Assembly: GCA_963663965.2 (NCBI GenBank)
Contig: CAXXFK010000033.1
Location: 32,001-96,000 of the forward strand
Length of the DNA stretch: 64,000 nucleotides
Origin: Sedimentisphaerales bacterium
GTDB lineage: Bacteria > Planctomycetota > Phycisphaerae > Sedimentisphaerales > SM23-30
Reading direction: 5' to 3'
Positions 20,409-33,664 of this stretch are shown piece after piece. The notes beneath the pieces are model-generated. The model made no database searches. It saw only the letters and a program-made list of their open reading frames with translations, and had not been told where the DNA came from. A program made the position numbers and the translations under genes. Within the stretch, counting starts at the first letter, position 1; every line of letters begins with the position of its first letter.

Positions 20409-21287
20409 TCAAGATATATTTGTGAAATAATATTTCCAGGCATAAGGCAGAAAGTCAACAATATCACCGGCGTTCATGGCGATTTGAGTCAGGTTTTGGG
20501 CTGCCAGATCACCGGCGAGGCCATGGATGTATGTTGCAAGAATTGCTGCCTGAAACGGAGTATGGTTATTTTCTTGATCTGCTAACAGGGCGGCTATGAT
20601 TCCCGTCAAAACATCACCACTCCCCCCGGTGGCCATACCTGGATTACCTGTCTGGTTGACATAAAGTTGTTCACCATTGCTAACAATCGTGTTATCCCCT
20701 TTAAGAACAACAATTGTTTGGGTTTTACGGGCAAGTTCAACAGACTGCGCCTGACGGTCATCGGGCAAAGGTTCGCGAAATCGCGATTTCCATAAACGTT
20801 TCATTTCGCCGGGATGAGGCGTCAGTATGGTTTGAACCGGAAGAGTTATATCCGGCAGTGCGGATAGATTATTTAAACCATCCGCATCGATAACCAGGGG
20901 TTGGTTGCATGATTGTAAGATATTTTCAAGTAGTCGCTTAACCTCCGGGCCTGTTCCTAATCCCGGGCCGATAGCAATGCTGTCATTATCATGTATCACT
21001 GTTAATAGGGTACTTAGAGCTCTTGAATCAATCAAACCGGTCTCGCTGGTTGGTAGAGGAATACAGGTAGCACAAGGTTCTATGGTGCAGCAGGTTTGCC
21101 AGATAGTATCCGGAATTGCCAGCCGCACCAGACCGGCGCCTGATCGCAATGCTGCACGTGCAGACAGGGCAGGGGCGCCAGCTATCCCCAAACTCCCCCC
21201 GATGATCAGTACTTTACCATAAGTCCCTTTATGAGATTGCCGATTCCGGACTTGAATTTTGGGTAACTGTGAGTATGGAGTACTCAT
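20409..21287 (-). CDS. nnrD: ADP-dependent NAD(P)H-hydrate dehydratase
   Basis: HKGTYGKVLIIGGS, IGPGLG, VIDADGL, LTPHPGEM and ATGGSGDVL motifs. Confidence 0.92.
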   Translation of the reverse strand: MSTPYSQLPKIQVRNRQSHKGTYGKVLIIGGSLGIAGAPALSARAALRSGAGLVRLAIPDTIWQTCCTIEPCATCIPLPTSETGLIDSRALSTLLTVIHDNDSIAIGPGLGTGPEVKRLLENILQSCNQPLVIDADGLNNLSALPDITLPVQTILTPHPGEMKRLWKSRFREPLPDDRQAQSVELARKTQTIVVLKGDNTIVSNGEQLYVNQTGNPGMATGGSGDVLTGIIAALLADQENNHTPFQAAILATYIHGLAGDLAAQNLTQIAMNAGDIVDFLPYAWKYYFTNIS

Positions 21288-21519
21288 GATTTATCTCTTT
21301 TAAATAAATAGTTATGTATGTTAGGCATTCAGCTCGGTTCAAAGACTGAATATTTGAAAAATACGTTCATATTCAAATAATGTAAAGATTTATATAAAAA
21401 TTAGTAATTTTATTGAAAACAATGGGCCGATAACTCTATTATGTAAAAAATAATTTGAACAATTCATTTCAGGTCCTGAACGCAAAATTAATGGAATTTT
21501 ATGCATAAAGGAGTTATGT

Positions 21520-23319
21520 ATGAAAAAGATAGAGTATTTTTTCATAGTATTATTGGGTTTATCCATATCTTTAAACGCAGAAATCATAACCGTAGATGCT
21601 GGTGGTAATGCCGATTTCAAGTCAATCCAGACAGCGATCAATGCCTCCTGGGATGGCGATACGATTATTGTTCAGCCCGGCGAATATCCCGAGACGGTAT
21701 ATTTTAATAATCGCCGGGTTACGGTCACCAGTATAGACCCATTGGATCCGAATACGGTTCTTTTGACAATTCTTAAAGGCGAGATCATCTTTGATTTTTT
21801 CGAAAATCTGGATTCCGTTTTGTATGGATTTAATATTGCTGGAGGGATTCGCTGTCTGGGCTCTGCACCTCAGATCAAAGGGAATCTATTCCAGAATTAT
21901 GTTTCTCGCCGGCCGATTGCCGGGCAGTATAACGCCATGCCAAGTGTCATGGGCAACACCTTTCTGAATAACGCCGTCGGCGCAATAAATGGTTGCCATG
22001 GCATGATTTCTGATAATCTGTTCATCAATAATGGATTGCTCACGTTGGCAAGTGGGGGGGCGTTATATCAATGTGATGGCACGATTCGCAATAATGAATT
22101 CAGTATGAATAAAGCAAGTCGGGGGGCGGCAATAGGGGAATGCCATGGTGAGATTCTGATGAATACCATTCAAAATAACACGGCTCAGCAATATGGCGGT
22201 GGTTTATATGATTGCGATGGTACAATCCGAAATAACAATATCGAAAATAATAGTTGCGTAGGAACAACGAACAATTTATATGGGGGTGGGTTATCCAGTT
22301 GCGGCGGGAAAATTCAGGGTAATGTGATATCCGGAAATCGCTTAATTGCAGCTCAGGGATATCAGGCGAGAGGAGGTGGATTGTACGATTGCGGGGCAGA
22401 AATAACCGCGAATCAGATTGTCGGGAATATTGCAGTTGGCAATCTGGCCTTAGGGGGCGGAATCTGCCAAAGTACCACAGGCATTATCAATCATAATATT
22501 ATCAGGGCTAATAGGGTAGAGAGTCAGGGTGTTAATGCTCGAGGTGGCGGACTGTATCTGTGTGAAGGGATGGTAGCCAATAATATTATTGATGGTAATA
22601 TGGCAACAGGAAAGGCTGCGGCAACACTTGCAGCAGGTGGGGGGTTGTATTTTTGTAATGTGATTCTGAACAATACGGTAACAGGCAATCGAGCGCTGAA
22701 TACTGTCGCTTCATCCAACGCCTTTGGCGGGGGCATCTATCAAGCCGATGAGGTACGAAATAACATCATTGCGTATAATCTTGCCTATGAAGGCGGAGGT
22801 ATATATGGTGAAAATATTCAAAATAACTACAATCTGTTTTGGAGTAATATTGGGCGGAATTTCGGAGGGCAAAGTTACGGTAAAGAGGGTGAAAAATTTG
22901 GTGACCCACAATTTGCCACGAATGGGACTTGGGAAGATAATGGCTCTCTCTCCGATTTGGCAGACGATCATTGGATCGCTGGTGATTACCATCTTAGTTC
23001 TGAAATCGGCCGCTGGAATGGTCAGGTATGGGTAGTAGATAATACCACTAGTTTGGGAGTGGATGGTGGTTCTCCGGAGGCTGAAACTGGATTAGAACCC
23101 AATCCGAATGGTAACAGGATTAACCTGGGGGCATTTGGCGGCACATCGGAAGCCAGTCTGTCACCTAATGGTGATGGGGGTGAACCGGAACCGGTTTGTG
23201 CCGAGCCAATTCCAGCGGACATTAATGGTGATTGCCGGGTGGATATGAGCGATTATCTTTTGATTATGTCTAGCTGGTTAAAATGCAATCTGGAACCTGT
23301 TTCTGCTTGTTATGATTAA
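21520..23319 (+). CDS. Secreted right-handed beta-helix repeat protein with a C-terminal dockerin-like domain
   Basis: DFKSIQTAIN; repeated GGGLYxC/IxxN; RINLGAFGGT; PADINGDCRVD. Confidence 0.8.
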   Translation: MKKIEYFFIVLLGLSISLNAEIITVDAGGNADFKSIQTAINASWDGDTIIVQPGEYPETVYFNNRRVTVTSIDPLDPNTVLLTILKGEIIFDFFENLDSVLYGFNIAGGIRCLGSAPQIKGNLFQNYVSRRPIAGQYNAMPSVMGNTFLNNAVGAINGCHGMISDNLFINNGLLTLASGGALYQCDGTIRNNEFSMNKASRGAAIGECHGEILMNTIQNNTAQQYGGGLYDCDGTIRNNNIENNSCVGTTNNLYGGGLSSCGGKIQGNVISGNRLIAAQGYQARGGGLYDCGAEITANQIVGNIAVGNLALGGGICQSTTGIINHNIIRANRVESQGVNARGGGLYLCEGMVANNIIDGNMATGKAAATLAAGGGLYFCNVILNNTVTGNRALNTVASSNAFGGGIYQADEVRNNIIAYNLAYEGGGIYGENIQNNYNLFWSNIGRNFGGQSYGKEGEKFGDPQFATNGTWEDNGSLSDLADDHWIAGDYHLSSEIGRWNGQVWVVDNTTSLGVDGGSPEAETGLEPNPNGNRINLGAFGGTSEASLSPNGDGGEPEPVCAEPIPADINGDCRVDMSDYLLIMSSWLKCNLEPVSACYD

Positions 23320-23437
23320 TTCAGAGATTATCGCAGAAAAATTGAGGTACCTCGCGGTTTGTATTGGCTTGATATTATTGGTTTTTCCGTTATGATAAGA
23401 CGCTTAGATTATTATTGCCATTCATACAGGAGAAACC

Positions 23438-24319
23438 ATGTCACGACCCAAACGAATTGGTATTATCGGCGGTAGCGGACTGGGGCAGGCCCTGACCAGT
23501 CAGGCCAGCGGCGAAGAACATTATTTTGATACCCCATTTGGCCGTCCGGCTGCGCCGATCATTACTTCTGAACTGGAAGGAATACCGGTTGCATTTCTGG
23601 CCAGGCATGGCCGGGGACACATGTTCAACCCATCGCAAGTGCCTTATCGAGCAAATATTTATGCGTTGAAAGAACTGGGCGTTACTCATGTGATTGCCAG
23701 TGGCGCATGTGGTTCGTTAGTAGAAGAAGTACGTCCTCGTGAATTAGTTATTACCGACCAGGTCATCGATAAAACCTGGAAGCGTGATAATACGTTTTTT
23801 GATGATCTGGCAGTGCATGTTGATTTTGCCTATCCATTTTGCCAGCAATTGCGCCAGGTTCTTCTGCGTGTGGTGGATAAGGTTGATACCAAAGTTCATG
23901 ATAAGGGCACTTATGTCTGCATGGAAGGCCCTCAATTCAGCACGCGGGCCGAATCTTTGATGCATCAGCAATGGGGCGGACATGTGATCGGCATGACATG
24001 TATGCCTGAAGCGAAACTGGCCCGAGAGGCTGAGATGTGTTATGCGCTGGTTGCTTTGCCGACCGACTATGATTGCTGGAAGGAACATCAGGGGGATGTG
24101 GATAAGCATCTTTTGATCAAAGAAATTATCGACAATCTCAATGCTGCCACAGAAAACGCTATCACTCTAATAAAGGCTGCAATTGTTGAAGCGGGCAGGT
24201 TATTGGAATGCGATTGTGAACATCATCATGCGTTGGAAATGGGGATCTGGTCAGATAGGGATCAGATAACCGATCCGGTTTGGGATAAATTGAATTTGCT
24301 GATCAAAAAATACGTATAA
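23438..24319 (+). CDS. mtnP: S-methyl-5'-thioadenosine phosphorylase
   Basis: IGIIGGSG, FLARHG, YRANIYALK, EGPQFSTRAES, PEAKLAREAE and TDYDCW motifs. Confidence 0.93.
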   Translation: MSRPKRIGIIGGSGLGQALTSQASGEEHYFDTPFGRPAAPIITSELEGIPVAFLARHGRGHMFNPSQVPYRANIYALKELGVTHVIASGACGSLVEEVRPRELVITDQVIDKTWKRDNTFFDDLAVHVDFAYPFCQQLRQVLLRVVDKVDTKVHDKGTYVCMEGPQFSTRAESLMHQQWGGHVIGMTCMPEAKLAREAEMCYALVALPTDYDCWKEHQGDVDKHLLIKEIIDNLNAATENAITLIKAAIVEAGRLLECDCEHHHALEMGIWSDRDQITDPVWDKLNLLIKKYV

Positions 24320-24352
24320 GATGGATTTATACCCACATATCGAAATCGGCGC

Positions 24353-24387
24353 AAAAAAAAGCCGTACTCAAGAGTACGGCTTTTTTT
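24353..24387. terminator. Bidirectional intrinsic terminator
   Basis: A8-GCCGTACT-CAAG-AGTACGGC-T7. Confidence 0.9.
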
Positions 24388-24400
24388 ACTGCAGATTGAA

Positions 24401-25675
24401 TCAGACCAGTGGGGTTTTACCTGGCACTGCGACTTCCGCAACCGGTAGATTGCTAAATTCGTAAGCAGGGGGGGCCAGATCGAGTTTGGAGTTCTTGATA
24501 GCCCAGTTCATGCCAATTACCTGCCCGGTATAAGCACTCATCCGTCCAAGAATGGCTGTCATTGTTGATTGGGCGACAGTTTTACCTTCATTCAGGGGCT
24601 TACCGGCTCGAATGCTGGCAATGAGGTCTTTATGTTCTTCGACATAAGGATTCGGTGAACCACCGACATCGCAGGGATTCTCGCCGGTGATTTTGCCTGA
24701 TCCTGGCAGAGCCACGCCTTTGGTACCTACGATCCGTTCGCTGACATTGCTGGCACAGCCGTCTATCTGGCGACACATACTCAGGGTGCGGGCGCCATTA
24801 GGATATTCGAATTCAATGGCAAAATGATCGAATATATTGCCATTATCGGGAGACGTACGGACTTGGCGGCCACCCATACCCATGGCGGACTTGGGCATTT
24901 CATCAAAGGCCCAGTTGACAACATCGAGATTATGGACATGTTGTTCAACGATGTGGTCGCCGCTTAGCCAGGTAAAATAGAGCCAGTTTCGGATTTGCCA
25001 TTCCATATCGGACCATCCGGCTTCTTTCTTACGGGTCCAAAGGAAGCCCATATTCCAATAGCACTGAGCAGATACTATCTCGCCAATAGCACCATCATGG
25101 ATTCGTTTCATGACTTCAATATAGTTTTTAGCATGGCGGCGCTGGGTGCCGGCTACAATACCAAGACCTTTCTTGTCCGCTTCTTCTGAGGCCGCGATAA
25201 CTCTACGAATTCCGACAGGGTCTACGGCAACAGGTTTTTCCATAAATACGTGTTTTCCTGCCTTGACTGCCGCTTCCAGATGTTGCGGCCGGAAATGAGG
25301 CGGAGTTGCCAGAATGATCAAGTTGACGTCACTTGCCAGCACCTTCTCGAAATTATCGAACCCGGTGAAACAGGTCTGGGGCGTTACTTTGATACGGTCG
25401 GCGAAATTCGCTTTGAGCTGGTTGAGCGAATGATCCAGGCGGTCCTGGAATAAATCGCCAATAGCAACGATTTCTACAGATGGATCTGCCTCGAGACAAT
25501 TAAGTGCGGCGCCGGTTCCACGGCCGCCTGCACCGATAAGCCCAACTTTGAATTTGTCGGTTCCTTGCGCGAAAATACGGCTGCTACCAGCCATAGCCAG
25601 GGTGGCGCCGGCAACGGCAGTGTTTTTCAAAAAATCTCTTCGTGAGACGCTGACGATGTTTGCTTTGTCTGACAT
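24401..25675 (-). CDS. Tat-exported Gfo/Idh/MocA oxidoreductase
   Basis: SRRDFLK; GLIGAGGRG; MEKPVA; VEQHVHNLD. Confidence 0.9.
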   Translation of the reverse strand: MSDKANIVSVSRRDFLKNTAVAGATLAMAGSSRIFAQGTDKFKVGLIGAGGRGTGAALNCLEADPSVEIVAIGDLFQDRLDHSLNQLKANFADRIKVTPQTCFTGFDNFEKVLASDVNLIILATPPHFRPQHLEAAVKAGKHVFMEKPVAVDPVGIRRVIAASEEADKKGLGIVAGTQRRHAKNYIEVMKRIHDGAIGEIVSAQCYWNMGFLWTRKKEAGWSDMEWQIRNWLYFTWLSGDHIVEQHVHNLDVVNWAFDEMPKSAMGMGGRQVRTSPDNGNIFDHFAIEFEYPNGARTLSMCRQIDGCASNVSERIVGTKGVALPGSGKITGENPCDVGGSPNPYVEEHKDLIASIRAGKPLNEGKTVAQSTMTAILGRMSAYTGQVIGMNWAIKNSKLDLAPPAYEFSNLPVAEVAVPGKTPLV

Positions 25676-25707
25676 ATTAGTTATCTCCTATAACGCATTT
25701 GGAGGGT

Positions 25708-26619
25708 TTAAACGGCAAAATTATCACAATATCGATAGGCGTTAATGAAGGCTTGTTCGCCCTCTTTGCCGCCTTTACTGATTCCGTGTTCCAGGCACAG
25801 AACGCCTTGGTAACCTTTAAGGTAGATGTGTTTGAAAATATTCTGGTAGTTGATTTCACCCGTGGTTGGTTCTTTACGACCTGGATTATCGCCAACGTGG
25901 AAAGCGCCAATCTCGCTCCAAGCCCTGTCAATGTTTGGAATAAGATTGCCTTCTGTGATCTGTTGATGATACATGTCATTGACAATCTTACAACAATTGT
26001 GATTCACCGCACGACAAATTGCATATGCCTGTGGGATTCCAGTAAGAAACAAACCAGGATGATTCCAGCGATTTAATGGTTCCAGAACCATAATCAGGTT
26101 TGTTTTTTCCATTGTTTCCATGCAAAAACGCAGGTTGTCAACCACATTGGCTGTTTGATAATCCCATTCAAGTTGGTTATCAAAACGCCCTGGTACCAGT
26201 AATGCTGTTTTTACCCCCGTTCGTTGCTGAGTTTCGACCGCCTTATCCAGAATGGGCTTTATCATATCTCGGACCTCCTTTTTATCCAATACAAAGGTGG
26301 TCGCACCAAAATCGGCATACATAACAAACGGCCCCAGATCCATATTTTGTTTTTCCAGTTCTTTCCGGATCGCCTCTTGCTGAGATGGGGATTTCCCCAT
26401 CAAGCCATTATCGAATACCGCAGTAAAACCCTGATCAGCCATGAATTTAATGTTTTCGATGGGATCTTTGCCCACATGGTTCGAAAATCGGGTTATGTCA
26501 GGGGCGTATTTAAGTTTAAACTTGCCGGGCGTACTATCCTGGCCGGCAGCTTTTTGCTGAACAGTCATTCCGACCGCGCCAGCGGCCATGGCTGAAGCCA
26601 TAAAAGTTCGTCTATTCAT
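25708..26619 (-). CDS. Hydroxypyruvate isomerase-family TIM barrel with a Tat signal
   Basis: MNRRTF; LEPLN; DMYHQQ; DNPGRKEPTTGEINY. Confidence 0.85.
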   Translation of the reverse strand: MNRRTFMASAMAAGAVGMTVQQKAAGQDSTPGKFKLKYAPDITRFSNHVGKDPIENIKFMADQGFTAVFDNGLMGKSPSQQEAIRKELEKQNMDLGPFVMYADFGATTFVLDKKEVRDMIKPILDKAVETQQRTGVKTALLVPGRFDNQLEWDYQTANVVDNLRFCMETMEKTNLIMVLEPLNRWNHPGLFLTGIPQAYAICRAVNHNCCKIVNDMYHQQITEGNLIPNIDRAWSEIGAFHVGDNPGRKEPTTGEINYQNIFKHIYLKGYQGVLCLEHGISKGGKEGEQAFINAYRYCDNFAV

Positions 26620-27228
26620 TTTTTTTAATCTCCTGATAAAACGCAGGTACCGAAAAGTCAATATTTCGACGGTTAATAGTAAGTTAACAGGTTAATGAGC
26701 TTGATTATTTCATAATAAAATAAGTAAATCTAAGCGGGTCATTAGTTTAAGTGGCACAGTGTAACCATTATGTGAAAATGGCAATTCACAATATTATTGA
26801 TAAAAAGAGGATGAAGTTTTCGAGATATTTGTAAAAAATAGTCCTTAAAAAACATCTGGAAATCAAGAAGAAAATCATATGGTTTTGCTTAACTGTTTTT
26901 AAGTTTTAACTTATTATATTGTATAATGATACATACAAGTTGGCGTGGATCTGTGAGTTAGCTTAGTGTAGTCAGTTACAAAGACATAGGATATAATTAA
27001 ATATAAGAAGTGTGGATTAGTTTCAGTATTCTATGAATCTGATATTATCAGACTGTAATTAAGAAATATGTAAACCTGGCAATGGCATAGGGGTGTATGC
27101 CTACATCTGAGTTTAGGATTGTGATAATAGAACTGATTGCATGAGTTAATATTTTGCAATTACAACCTCTTTTTTTATAAGGATTTGTGACAGGTTGATT
27201 TTTTTTAAGTTTTTTTTTGATTAAATAC

Positions 27229-27257
27229 TTGACGATGAGGAGTCGTATCGATATATT
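27229..27257 (+). promoter_or_regulatory. Sigma70-type promoter of the tRNA/rRNA locus
   Basis: TTGACG-17 bp-TATATT with an AT-rich upstream region. Confidence 0.7.
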
Positions 27258-27355
27258 TCTCTGCTCATGTCAGGCGCGGCAACGCGACGATGTGAAAAAT
27301 GTGGCCCGATGGTTCCGGCAGAATAATGCTGGAATTTTTCGACCGCTGACCGTAA

Positions 27356-27429
27356 GGGCTCATAGCTCAGTTGGTTAGAGCGCGTCGCTGATAACGACGA
27401 GGTCGATGGTTCGACTCCATCTGGGCCCA
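27356..27429 (+). tRNA. tRNA-Ile(GAT)
   Basis: Cloverleaf GGGCTCA...TGGGCCCA; anticodon loop CTGATAA; TTCGA T-loop. Confidence 0.95.
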
Positions 27430-27624
27430 TTTTAGCTGTAATTTATTTTCAGCTAAAAAGTTATGCTTGAAAGGACTCTGAAAATGATTGAGTCAATTTT
27501 GGCAATGGCCAGTATCAGATGGCTAGGTTTTATTGTGTTCGCAGTTGCGATCATAGCAACCCTGATCGGATGGATCAGGGACAAGCTGAATTAAGGCTTG
27601 AAAGCTCTTTAAAAAATTATCGAG

Positions 27625-27697
27625 GGGGCCGTAGCTCAATTGGGAGAGCGCCTGGTTTGCATCCAGGAGGTCGTCGGTTCGACTCCGATCGGCTCCA
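27625..27697 (+). tRNA. tRNA-Ala(TGC)
   Basis: GGGGCCG/CGGCTCC acceptor stem with G3:U70; anticodon loop TTTGCAT. Confidence 0.95.
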
Positions 27698-27750
27698 GTA
27701 AACCCGGTATAGTCAATAAAAATAAATGATAAAAAAATCAAAAATAAATA

Positions 27751-27779
27751 TTGACAACCAATGCTGGCCATGATAAATT
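27751..27779 (+). promoter_or_regulatory. Second sigma70-type promoter directly upstream of 23S
   Basis: TTGACA-17 bp-TAAATT, followed by a boxA-like GTTCTTTGAAA near 27815. Confidence 0.6.
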
Positions 27780-27977
27780 GTGAAGCTCACCCCAAAAAGG
27801 GGTGATATGATAAAGTTCTTTGAAAAGTAAATATGAGGAAACGCGTGTATAGGTGTGTAAATGTTATCACCATAACATTGAATACAGTTAACACGACGAG
27901 CGCCGGATATAGATCCAAATTCTATTTATCGTGATTGATTTAGATAGCGATTGACTGCATCAGCTAAAAAATAATGT

Positions 27978-30841
<2,864 letters not shown>

Positions 30842-30984
30842 GCATTATTTTTTCGCTGATCATCAATCGCAATTGGATTTTTTTCGGCTCGTTGTGACTG
30901 ACACATCGTAGCGCGTTCCTCATATTTTACGATACAATTTAATAGATGGATACCAGTTGAGTTTACTCAACTGTCCAACGAAAT

Positions 30985-31093
30985 TGTTGGTGGTTATAGT
31001 GAGCGTGAAACGCCTGATCCCATTCCGAACTCAGAAGCTAAGGCGCTTACGCCGATGGTAGTATGTGAGTGCGAGAGTAGGTCGCTGCCAACA
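30985..31093 (+). rRNA. rrf: 5S rRNA
   Basis: TGTTGGTGG...GATCCCATTCCGAACTC...CTGCCAACA. Confidence 0.95.
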
Positions 31094-31099
31094 TTATAT

Positions 31100-31134
31100 G
31101 AAAGCCCTGTGGGAAACTACAGGGCTTTCTTTTT
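31100..31134 (+). terminator. rRNA operon terminator
   Basis: GAAAGCCCTGT-loop-ACAGGGCTTTC followed by a T-run. Confidence 0.85.
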
Positions 31135-32749
31135 GCGCGTAAATTTTTTAGAGACAAATATTTTAAACGATACCCTAAAATTATTTATTAACCTGACGAC
31201 CAAAATCATGGTATTTTTCAAATGTATTTGAATAATTGCTGGTTGGTATTATCGGGTTCCGGTTTTTGTTGTTATAGTCGATTCATTTCTATTAAGAGTG
31301 CCTGAAATAATGATTTTTTTAGCGAGACCAAGCGGAAAAGTGCTCAGCAAGGCCAGAAGATCCGCCTCAGGAGGGCAGCATGGGGCAAGCACTCACAGGC
31401 AACCCTGCCAGGGAGGGTTGGGTCGAGGATGGTTGGCCCCGAGAGCGCTGATGACGACTTTTTCAGACGGTCGCAGCAAGCAGAAAATTCATTTTGTCAG
31501 GTGCTTTGAATGAATCTTAAAAGTACACAGTCATCCCATAAGTCTATGGATTCTCCGCAAGGACTGTATTTTTACATTAAAAACAGCCTTTTTGTCGGGA
31601 GTATTTGAATGGGAAGTTCTGACTTTTTTTGGCCTTAATCGCCAAACCGTTCTGGTGAGGGTGTTACTCCCGTATTTTTGCCCCGGCTATTTCTGTCTGA
31701 AATCCTCAACGCAACTCAAAACCGGGCAAATAGGCCTGCTGAGGGCTTCCGACCATTCTTGGGGAGCCACGTGCTATCCCACAGGAATCCATGACGCTAT
31801 ATATATCCAGGCGACTAAACATGACACCTCTCAATAGTGTAAAAAGCCGTTTGAAAGTTCCTTGCCATTTACCAAGATAACCCACAAAACGGATCAGAAC
31901 ATATGCCAGCAGAGCCATCCAGACCTGCCAGAGAATAGCATTCTGACTATGGCCCACAAAGTCAGCTAACTGCAATGTCTGCTTGATCTGCTTAAAGAAT
32001 ACTTCTACGCCCCAACGACATTTATATAGGTCGCAAATGCTACTGGGGGCCCAGTCTATGTTGTTGGTAATAAATGATATGCGTTTTTCTTTACCATCAA
32101 TTTCCACATCAGCAGTCACCATCCGTATAAACTTGGGGTAAGCCTCATAGCTTTTGGGGGTTTCAAGTTCGACTAACACATCGCTGATAATATTACCTTT
32201 AGGTTCGCTAAGCGGTTTGATGATTCGATAAGCCATGTTGTCTTTAGCTCGTGTAACCCAGAATACCCCCCGACTATCAAGTTCAGCCAGATGCTTGAAA
32301 TCAACGTAGGCCTTGTCAAAAACGGCTATTTCGCCACTTTTAAGATTCCCGCAAAGTTGATAAGCTTCTGTAGAATCGTGGGTTGACGCATTCTTGACAA
32401 TAGCAAACTGAGGCAGAAAGGTTTGCAGATTAAGCTGCATGTGACATTTTGCTGCCGCCTTACGTCTGCGATGCTTTGCCCAATCCATACAATTGGCCAC
32501 AAGCTTTATTGTCGTGGAATCAATGGCATAAATCGTTCGCTTGAATCGTCTGGGAAGCCCGGAATATTTGCCGCTGAAACCGAAACACTTATGCTGGTCC
32601 TGGATATGGGACAGCACCTGCCAGAATAACGCTTCTGCCATGGCCGGATTACGTTCCTTGTTAGCGTTGGAAAGTCCGTTGTGTCACCGGGCGGTTCAAA
32701 ATCGACCATTGAGGGGCGAATCAAAATCGACCACTCTGGGTAAAAAATA

Positions 32750-33496
32750 TCAGTATTTTTCCTTATTGCAAGCCTTATTTCTGAGCCGATAGCTTTTGCC
32801 GGTAATCTGGATGATTTCGGCGTGGTGCAGGAAGCGGTCCAGGATAGCGCTGGCGCTGGGGACATCACCCAGCAGTTTGCCCCAGTCTTCCAGGGGACGA
32901 TTGGAAGTCATCACCGTCGAACGCAGTTCATAGCGCCGCATGATCACCTCAAAGAGATATTCCCCGGATCGTCTGGGCAACTGCTTCATGCCCATATCGT
33001 CAATGATCAGCAGGTCCGGTTTCAGGTATTTGGCCAGCGCTTTTTCCAATCCGCCCAGGGCCTCATCCTGCAGGAAGTCGCGGACCACATCGAATACCGA
33101 GCGGTACTTGACCACAAATCCGGTTTTAATGGCCTGATAGCCCAACGCCTGGGCCAGATGACTCTTGCCGGTGCCCGGCGGCCCCAAGAACAGCACATCG
33201 CGCCGTTCGCGCAGGAACCGGCAGCTGGCCAGATCGTAAATCTGTTTTTGTTTGACGGAGGGATTGAACTGCCAGTCGAAATCCTCCAGCGTTTTCAGTT
33301 CCCGAAAGGCCGCGGTCTTGACCCGCCGCTGGATCTGCCGATCCTGACGCACCAGCAGTTCATCTTGCAGGATCAATTCCAGGAAGTCCTGGTGAGATAA
33401 CCGGTTGCCGGCCGCTTCCTGCAGCCGGATCTCCAGCGAGTCGGCCAGTCCGGACAGGCGCAGGCGTTTCAGCGCGGTTTGGATCGCATCATTCAT
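32750..33496 (-). CDS. istB: IS21 helper ATPase IstB
   Basis: Walker A GPPGTGKS; LLIIDD; TSNRP; ILDRFLHH; GKSYR. Confidence 0.95.
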   Translation of the reverse strand: MNDAIQTALKRLRLSGLADSLEIRLQEAAGNRLSHQDFLELILQDELLVRQDRQIQRRVKTAAFRELKTLEDFDWQFNPSVKQKQIYDLASCRFLRERRDVLFLGPPGTGKSHLAQALGYQAIKTGFVVKYRSVFDVVRDFLQDEALGGLEKALAKYLKPDLLIIDDMGMKQLPRRSGEYLFEVIMRRYELRSTVMTSNRPLEDWGKLLGDVPSASAILDRFLHHAEIIQITGKSYRLRNKACNKEKY

Positions 33497-33664
33497 ACGA
33501 AGGTCTCCTTGTGATTGAGATAAAATAAAAGGTGCTTCACGCCGGGCTTTGCCATCCATACAGCAAAGAGGCTGAAAAGAGATAGGGGGTGTGGGGGAAA
33601 GTGTCCCCCACGATCAAAACAGTTTTTCTTCCTTAAAATTAAAACCATGATATACTCCAAGAAC

